This document shows positions 57,737 through 64,000 of a stretch of DNA of 64,000 bases, one piece after another. The notes under the pieces were generated by a model that saw only the letters and a list, made by a program, of their open reading frames with translations, was not told where the DNA came from and did no database searches. Within the stretch, counting starts at the first letter, position 1; each line of letters begins with the position of its first letter. The stretch spans positions 384,001 through 448,000 of the forward strand of contig CAVXPZ010000003.1 in the NCBI GenBank assembly GCA_963763775.1. The letters run 5' to 3'. The translations under genes were made by a program, and so were the position numbers. This stretch comes from an uncultured Chloroflexia bacterium (lineage in GTDB: Bacteria; Chloroflexota; Limnocylindria; Limnocylindrales; CSP1-4).

Positions 57737-58384
57737 TTACTTGGTCTGGGTGGTCGAGGTGGACTGCTGCTGATCTTGGCGGCGGACGAACAGGATCCGC
57801 TGGATGACGGTGATGACGGCCCCAACGAGGATGACGCCGAGCGCGAACTCGATGGCCGCGATGCCGATGCTCGTCCCGGTCAGGACGATCCCGAGCGAGA
57901 TGATGACGAGGCGGACCTCACGGGGCATGACCCCGATCGCCGCCAGTCCCATCCCCGAGGAGTAGCCGAGGGCGTCGGACTTCGCCCGGGCGTAGCTGAC
58001 CATGATCGATGCGCCCATGGCGGCCGCGGCCACGAGGACGGGCAGGTCCGCCGCGCCGGCGGCCTGCATCCCGGCGATGACGCCGAGGAAGACGACGATC
58101 TCGCCCGCCTTGTCGAAGAACGAGTCCATGAAGGCGCCGAGCTTGCTGGCCTGGCCGGTCGCGCGCGCCAGCGTGCCGTCGAACATGTCGAAGACGCCGC
58201 CGACGAAGACGACGATGCCGCCGACGACCCAGGCCTGCAGCCCGACCAGGATGGACCCGACGACGGTGATCGCGAACCCGATGAGGGTCAGCCCGTTCGG
58301 GGTGAGCCCGATGCGGCCCATCCCGAGCGCGATCGGCTCGAAGATCCGCTTGACGCGGTCGCGGGAGTCGTTGGAGATCGTCAT
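57737..58384 (-). CDS. CDP-alcohol phosphatidyltransferase (phosphatidylinositol-phosphate synthase-like)
   Basis: [24 protein letters not shown] signature, SYARAK, TVIQR; adjacent to ino1. Confidence 0.9.
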   Translation of the reverse strand: MTISNDSRDRVKRIFEPIALGMGRIGLTPNGLTLIGFAITVVGSILVGLQAWVVGGIVVFVGGVFDMFDGTLARATGQASKLGAFMDSFFDKAGEIVVFLGVIAGMQAAGAADLPVLVAAAAMGASIMVSYARAKSDALGYSSGMGLAAIGVMPREVRLVIISLGIVLTGTSIGIAAIEFALGVILVGAVITVIQRILFVRRQDQQQSTSTTQTK

Positions 58385-58393
58385 CGCGCCGGG

Positions 58394-58726
58394 CTAGCTC
58401 GCGAAACCGAGGATCGCGCGCTCGCGCTCCGCGACTTCGCCGAACGCCTCGGAGCGGAGGCGGCAGACCGTCTCGCGGCCGACCCGGCGGCTCTCGATGA
58501 GCCCGGCGGCGCGCAGGCGCTTGAGGTGGTGGCTGACGAGCGGCTGCGAGAGGCCGACGTGGGCGATGAGGTCGTTGACGGACGCCTCGCCCTCGGCGAG
58601 CCGCCGCACGATGCGCAGCCGGTTCACGTCGGCCAGCGCCTTGTGGAAGGCGCGCAGGTCCCGCAGGTCGTCGGGCTGGATGACGATCGACGCGATGGTC
58701 GAGCGGATCCGGGCGGGCGTGGGCAC
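58394..58726 (-). CDS. ArsR/SmtB family transcriptional regulator
   Basis: KALADVNRLRI, LSQPLVSHHLKRLRAAGLI..RRVG. Confidence 0.9.
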   Translation of the reverse strand: MPTPARIRSTIASIVIQPDDLRDLRAFHKALADVNRLRIVRRLAEGEASVNDLIAHVGLSQPLVSHHLKRLRAAGLIESRRVGRETVCRLRSEAFGEVAERERAILGFAS

Positions 58727-58770
58727 GGGCGGGGCGATCTCCTGGGCCGTCTGGGGACGGTGGCCGTCGT

Positions 58771-58802
58771 ATCAACGACGGTTGATATCAACGGATGTTG
58801 AT
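58771..58802. promoter_or_regulatory. Tandem ArsR-type operator
   Basis: Two abutting palindromes ATCAAC-N4-GTTGAT (58771-58786 and 58787-58802) between the divergent arsR and MFS genes. Confidence 0.75.
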
Positions 58803-58847
58803 GCTACGACCCCGACGATGTCAAGCCCGCGCCGTACACTCCCGCGC

Positions 58848-60531
58848 ATGGATCGCCGGTCGAGGTCGGTGCTGCTCGCCGTCTTCGGGACCGGCGTGTT
58901 CCTCGCCGGGCTGGAGCTCATGATCACCGCCGTCGCGCTGCCGTCGATCCTCGACGACCTCGCGGACCCGAGTCGCGGCTCGGCCTGGGTCGAGCTGCGC
59001 AAGGCCAGCTGGATCATCAACGGCTACCTGCTGGTCTACATCCTCACGATGCCGCTCGCGGGGCGGTTCACCGATCTGTGGGGCGCCCGCCGACCGTTCC
59101 TCGCGGCCCTCGCGATCTTCACGATCGGCTCCGCGCTCGCCGGGCTCGCCCAGACGATGGACCAGCTCATCGCGGCTCGGCTGGTGCAGGCGGTCGGGGG
59201 CGGCGTGCTGGTCCCCGTCGGGACGGCCGCGGCCGCCCACCTGTACCCGGGCGCGGCGCGGCCCCGTGCGCTCGGCATCATCGCCGCGCTGACGTTCCTG
59301 GGGATGGCCGCTGGCCCGTTCCTCGGCGCGGCGATCCTGGCCTCGTTCCACCCGGCCGACGCGCTGGCCGGCGCCGGGCTCGGGTCGCCATGGACGTCGT
59401 TCTTCGCCCCGGCGTGGCGCTGGATCTTCTTCATCAACGTGCCGATCGGCCTCCTCGCCCTGCTCTTCGGGTGGGCGGCGTCGAGCGGCTGGGATACCCC
59501 GCGGCGACCGGGTCGCGCGGACCTGCTCGGGGCGGCCTGGTTCGGCCTGGCGCTCGTGAGCGGGCTCGTCGGTCTCACCCTGATCGGAACGACCGAGATC
59601 GCCGGCGGCCTCGCGGACCCGGCCGTCGTCACCGCGGTCCTCCTGGTCGCCGGCATCGCATTCACGCTCCTGGCGATCCGGCACGGACTGCGCCGCGAGG
59701 ACCCGTTCCTCGATCCGCGGCTCTTCACGATCCGTCCGTTCGCGGCGGCGTCGCTCGTGTCGCTGCTGACCGGGTACGCGTTCGCGACGGCGATCATCGG
59801 CGGGGCGGTGTTCGTCGACCGCGTGCTGTACGGCGGCCCGGACGACCAGCGGCTCGCCCTGGGCGCCCTCGCCGGGGCGACCGCGGTCGGGGCCCTGGTG
59901 TCGGGCTTCGCGCTCCGGATCATGTCGCCCGCGGGTGGCGACGCTCCTGGGCCTCGCGCTCAGCATCGCCGGACTGGTCGCGATGGCCGCGTGGACGTCG
60001 GAGACGGACATCGGGATCGTGGCGCTCTCGCTCGCGACGTTCGGGCTCGGGTTCGGCCTCACCGTCACCCCTCGTTCGACCGCGGCCGTGGAGGCCGCGG
60101 GCCGCCGGTCGTTCGGGGCGGCGGCGTCGGTGGTGACCGTCGCGCGGATGATCGGCATGGCGATCGGCCTGGCCATCCTGACGGCGTACGGCTCCACGAC
60201 CATCGACCGGCTCGCGACGCAGGTCTACGCCACCCCGGATGCGTACCTCCAGTTCATCCCCGCGACGCTCCAGGACCGGCCGCTCCGTGATCCGCTCGTG
60301 GTCGACGCCCTCGAGGAGTGGGCGTCGCGCGAGGCGGCGCGGATCATGGTCGGCCTCTTCGTCGTGGCCGCGGCGGTCACCGCGCTCGCCATCCCGCCGT
60401 CGCTCGTCCTCGGCAGTCGCCCGCGTATGCTGGGCACCGAACGCGCCGCAGCCGATGCGGCCGTCGCGGGAGGGCTCGAACCCGATGGCCGCGAACCCGC
60501 AGAAGCCGGCGGCCCCAGCGCCGCCCTCTGA
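58848..60531 (+). CDS. MFS transporter (DHA2-like); apparent +1 frameshift near 59930
   Basis: WIINGYLL, GRFTDLWGAR, RLVQAVGGG, WRWIFFINVPIG; extra C in TCGCCCGCGG. Confidence 0.85.
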
Positions 60532-61600
60532 CGCCGAGGGCGGCGCCGCGCACGAGCGCGCGCTCCTGCTCGGCCGTGCCGGCGAGCCGGTCAGCTTCAG
60601 CCGGCGGAACGCGGTCTCGAACGAGGGGCCAGGGCTCATCCGCGTCGCCGCGGTCCTCGGCGACGCGGTCCACGAACTGACCGGCGCCGAGGCGCTCGAC
60701 CGTCTCCCGGGGTTCCTCCAGACGACCGGGGCGAGCGTCTGGGTCGACCTCGCCGGCCCGTCGCGCGAGCAGGTGGAGGCGCTCGGGGCCACGCTCGGGC
60801 TGCACCCGCTCATCGTCGAGGACGTCCTCGAGGGGAACCAGCGCGCGAAGATCGAGACGACCGACGACGTGGTCCACATCGTGCTGTTCCACCTCGACTA
60901 CCAGGCGGCGCTCGTGGCGTCGGAGACGGACATCGTGCTCGGACCCGGGTTCCTGCTGACGACGCACGACGCGAGCTGGGACCCGCGAGCCTCGAACCAC
61001 CTGCGCGGCGGCGTCGAGACCATCCTCAAGCACGGCCCGGACCACATGCTGTGGGCGCTCGCCGACGACATCGTCGACGGCTACTTCCCCTTCGCGGACC
61101 AACTGGGCTACGCGATCGACGAGGTCCAGGACGAGGTCGTCCAGAAGGCCGACAAGGCGGCGCTGGAGCGCCTGTTCTTCCTCAAGCGACAGCTCATCGA
61201 CGTGCGGCGCGCGGTGAGCCCCGTCCGCGAGGTCTTCAACCAGATCACGAACCGGGACATGCCGCTCGTCGACGAGGACGAGCTCCTGTACTTCCGCGAC
61301 ATCTACGACCACGTCATCCGGTTGACCGACGAGCTCGACAACTACCGCGAGCTGGCGTCCTCGACGCTCGACGTGTACCTCACCACGATCAACAACAACC
61401 TCTCGATCATCATGAAGCGGCTGACCGGGGTGACGGTCATCCTCGCGGGGATCGGTGCGGTCGCCGGGATCTTCGGCATGAGCGAGGCCGGACTCGCCCT
61501 CGGCGGCGGGGAGGCCGGCGGGTTCTGGGCGGTCACCGCGTTCGTCGTCGGGATCGCGGCGCTCGCCGCGATCGTCCTGCGCAAGATCGACTGGATCTAG
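60485..61600 (+). CDS. corA: CorA family divalent cation transporter
   Basis: WVDL, LHPLIVED, QRAKIE, YFRDIYDH, MKRLT, GIFGMS; start uncertain. Confidence 0.88.
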   Translation: MAANPQKPAAPAPPSDAEGGAAHERALLLGRAGEPVSFSRRNAVSNEGPGLIRVAAVLGDAVHELTGAEALDRLPGFLQTTGASVWVDLAGPSREQVEALGATLGLHPLIVEDVLEGNQRAKIETTDDVVHIVLFHLDYQAALVASETDIVLGPGFLLTTHDASWDPRASNHLRGGVETILKHGPDHMLWALADDIVDGYFPFADQLGYAIDEVQDEVVQKADKAALERLFFLKRQLIDVRRAVSPVREVFNQITNRDMPLVDEDELLYFRDIYDHVIRLTDELDNYRELASSTLDVYLTTINNNLSIIMKRLTGVTVILAGIGAVAGIFGMSEAGLALGGGEAGGFWAVTAFVVGIAALAAIVLRKIDWI

Positions 61601-62292
61601 CCGCAGACGACCGGGTGCGGTTTCGGGTGCGCCGACCCGTGGTCGGACGTCTCCTGGGAGAGCGGCTTGGCGAGGACCTGCAGCTTTCCGACGGTCCCGT
61701 GCGGGCCTTCCGATGTCTGGAGCCAGAGCTCGTCCTCGGTCGCGGCGAGCGCGTCGTCGAGGGTGCGCTGGTGGCGGCGGACCTCGGTGATCTCGTAGAG
61801 GAAGCGCTGGTCGTCGTTGGTCCAGACCTCGACCACCATGCCGAGCAGGCTCTTGCCGTTCTTGATCTTCGACCGTTCCAGGAGTGGCAGGAACATGCCG
61901 TCACGGGCATGGGCGTACAGGTACGTCGCCCGGCCCTCGCCCGGCTGTCCGAGGGCGCCGATCCACATCGCGACGTCGCACAGCGGGTAGTCCGTCGGCG
62001 CGCCCGGCTTGACGACCGGGAGGTCGATGTCGAGCGCGGCGATCCGGACGCGCGTCGCGACCCGATCCGGCGGAGGACTCGGACTGGCGGTCGGTCCGGA
62101 CGACCCGAGCGGCGGCAGCGTCATGAGCGGGATCGGCGTCTCGGGCGCGTCGGTCACCGTGGGGTCGGCCGTCGACAGGCCGCCGGCGTCGGCCGTGACC
62201 GGCGTCCCGTACGACAGCAGGCCGCCTGCCAGGAGGGTGACGCCGAGGGCCGTGAGGATGGCGGGCAGGAGACGCGATCGGACGCCGGACAT
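61597..62292 (-). CDS. Sortase-like membrane-anchored protein
   Basis: N-terminal TM, RVRIAALDIDLPVV, YLYAHA, LWLQTS in place of TLxTC. Confidence 0.65.
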   Translation of the reverse strand: MSGVRSRLLPAILTALGVTLLAGGLLSYGTPVTADAGGLSTADPTVTDAPETPIPLMTLPPLGSSGPTASPSPPPDRVATRVRIAALDIDLPVVKPGAPTDYPLCDVAMWIGALGQPGEGRATYLYAHARDGMFLPLLERSKIKNGKSLLGMVVEVWTNDDQRFLYEITEVRRHQRTLDDALAATEDELWLQTSEGPHGTVGKLQVLAKPLSQETSDHGSAHPKPHPVVCG

Positions 62293-62372
62293 CGGAGCGG
62301 CATCGTAGCAGCGGCTCCACCGAGGCGCCCCGAGCCGCTCGTACTGGTGTCCGGGCTGGTACCCTCGGGCCC

Positions 62373-63077
62373 ATGTGGGCACGTCTGTCGATCGTCGCCG
62401 GCCTCGTGGCCGGGGTGGCCGTCGCGGGACTCGTGCTCGGCGCGATCCTGCTCCTCAGCCCGACACCCACGCCCCCGCCGGTCGTGACGCCCCCGCCGGT
62501 CGCCGTGGCGACATCGTCGATCGCCCCGAGTCCGACGGCTGCCCCGTCGGCCACCCCGGCCGTGACGCCGTCGCCCGCCTCGCCGTCGGCGACCGCCGAG
62601 GCTCCCGATGCCTCGCCCAGCCCCTCGCTCGCCACCCTGCTCCACATCGGCGAGCCCGCGCCGTCGCTCGTCCTGCCCAAGGTCGGCGGCGGCACGATCG
62701 ACCTCGCGGCCCTCAAGGGCAAGCCGGTCTGGCTCGACTTCATGAGCACGGCCTCCCCGGCCGCCCAGGAGGAGTTCCCGCTCATGGCCGGGTTCGCCAC
62801 CCGCTACGCGGACGCCGGGCTCGCCGTCGTCGCGGTCGACGTCGGAGAGGACGAGGCCACGGCCGCGGCCTTCGCCCAGGCGCTCGGGACGACGTTCCCC
62901 ATCGGTCTCGACGCGGACGGGGCGGCCTCGACCGCGTGGAGCGCCCACGACCTGCCGGTCCATTACTGGATCGATGCCGACGGCATCGTCCGCGACGGCG
63001 CCACGGGCGGGATCGGGTCGGACATCATGGCCCGCGGCGTGGGCGCGATCCTGCCCGGAGTCGTCGTCCAGCCGTGA
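62373..63077 (+). CDS. TlpA/ResA-like thioredoxin-fold protein lacking CxxC
   Basis: N-terminal TM, Pro/Thr linker, LKGKPVWLDF-MSTASPAAQEEFP, LPVHYWIDADG. Confidence 0.78.
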   Translation: MWARLSIVAGLVAGVAVAGLVLGAILLLSPTPTPPPVVTPPPVAVATSSIAPSPTAAPSATPAVTPSPASPSATAEAPDASPSPSLATLLHIGEPAPSLVLPKVGGGTIDLAALKGKPVWLDFMSTASPAAQEEFPLMAGFATRYADAGLAVVAVDVGEDEATAAAFAQALGTTFPIGLDADGAASTAWSAHDLPVHYWIDADGIVRDGATGGIGSDIMARGVGAILPGVVVQP

Positions 63078-63967
63078 CCGACGCGGTCTCGACGCGCGCC
63101 GAGATCGCCGCGGCACTCGACGGACTCATCGGCACCGCGGGGCTCCTGCTCGTGGTCGCCGACTTCGACGGGACGCTCGCCGCGGGCTCCCGCGATCCCG
63201 CGGCCGCGCGCATCGAGCCCACGGCGCAGCGGGCGCTCCGTCGGCTTGCCGGGGTCACGGCGGCCCGGCCCGATCGCGTCCACGTCGCGATCCTGACCGG
63301 CCGGACGGTGCCGGATGTGGCGGCGCGTGCCCGGGTCGGCGGCATCGAGTACCTGGGCGACCACGGCCTGCAGGCCGCCACCCTGCCGCGTGGCGCGCGG
63401 GCGGGATCGATCGTGGCGGTCATCGAGCCCGGGTTCGACGGGCATGCGATCGCCGCGGAGGCCCTCGCGTCAGGTGTCGCCGACGAGCTGGGCCGGCCGT
63501 CGTGGCTGTTCGTCGAGCGCAAGGGGCCGTCCGTCGCGTTCCATGTGCGGCAGGCCGATGATGTGCCGGCCGCGCGGGCGGCGGTGCTCAAGGCGGTCGC
63601 CGCGGTCGAGTCGCGGGCGGACCTCGGTGCCCATGGTCTCGCGCCCTACCGCGGCCGGTCCGTGGTCGACCTCCGGCCGGAGGCCGCCGGCGGCAAGGCC
63701 GAGGCCGTCGATCGGCTGCTCGCTCGGCTCGCGCCGCGCGCCGCGATCGTGCTCGGCGACGACCTCTCGGACGGCGACGCGTTCGATGCCGTGCATGCGG
63801 GGGTGGGCGACGGACGGCTCGGCGTCGGGATCGCCGTGGCGGTCCACGGCCGGCTCGCGGCGCCGCCCGACGTCCTGGAACGAGCCGACCTGGTCGTGGC
63901 GGGGTCGCGCGAGGTGGGCCGGCTGCTGGGGGGACTGGCGCGACGACTGGCGAGCGAGCCGGTCTAG
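63074..63967 (+). CDS. otsB: Trehalose-6-phosphate phosphatase (HAD)
   Basis: DFDGTLA, ILTGR, GDHG, ERKGPSVAFH, GKAEA, LGDDLSDGDAF. Confidence 0.85.
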   Translation: MTDAVSTRAEIAAALDGLIGTAGLLLVVADFDGTLAAGSRDPAAARIEPTAQRALRRLAGVTAARPDRVHVAILTGRTVPDVAARARVGGIEYLGDHGLQAATLPRGARAGSIVAVIEPGFDGHAIAAEALASGVADELGRPSWLFVERKGPSVAFHVRQADDVPAARAAVLKAVAAVESRADLGAHGLAPYRGRSVVDLRPEAAGGKAEAVDRLLARLAPRAAIVLGDDLSDGDAFDAVHAGVGDGRLGVGIAVAVHGRLAAPPDVLERADLVVAGSREVGRLLGGLARRLASEPV

Positions 63968-64000
63968 CTCGGGATCGTCGCGATCGCGGCGGCGGCCTGC

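Noticed and set aside
19423-59935. Frameshifts in the S41 peptidase (~19500), GT-C (~48529), acyltransferase (~54915) and MFS (~59930) as phase variation or gene decay
   Set aside because: All are +1 shifts, three traceable to one extra G/C in very short runs, with otherwise intact genes; typical of long-read consensus error and needs a read check

Overview
Very GC-rich (roughly 70% by eye) bacterial chromosome segment spanning the replication origin. Gene content and order suggest a monoderm lineage, most likely Chloroflexota (inference only). Left to right: mrdA-mreD, two parS sites, parA-parB-gyrB-thioesterase-AlkD-like-gyrA-prs, secA, a Cys-rich mini-protein coupled to prfB (programmed +1 frameshift), and ftsEX-S41 peptidase. 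Next come an unannotated small transcription unit with a 13-nt Shine-Dalgarno, smpB, a proline-racemase-family/LLM pair, and a NiCoT-Fur-[c-di-AMP riboswitch]-MFS-divergent urease-like module. These are followed by tmRNA, jag-yidC-yidD-rnpA-rpmH, a 6S-like structured RNA, dnaA-oriC-dnaN-recF-dciA and a membrane pseudo-phosphatase. The right part holds a ~14 kb glycosylation island: GT2, GT-C enzymes and a phosphatidylinositol-mannoside-like operon (arsR-pgsA-ino1-two acyltransferases-PHP-pimA-like), then MFS, corA, a Cys-less sortase-like gene, a Cys-less TlpA-like gene and otsB. No mobile element, rRNA, tRNA or CRISPR array was seen. Five genes, including dnaA, carry +1 frameshifts that look like assembly errors. 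The best novelty candidates are the remodelled urease-like enzyme module, the PIM-like operon with a PHP phosphatase, the giant double GT-C fusion, and the SD-hairpin small RNA/peptide upstream of smpB.
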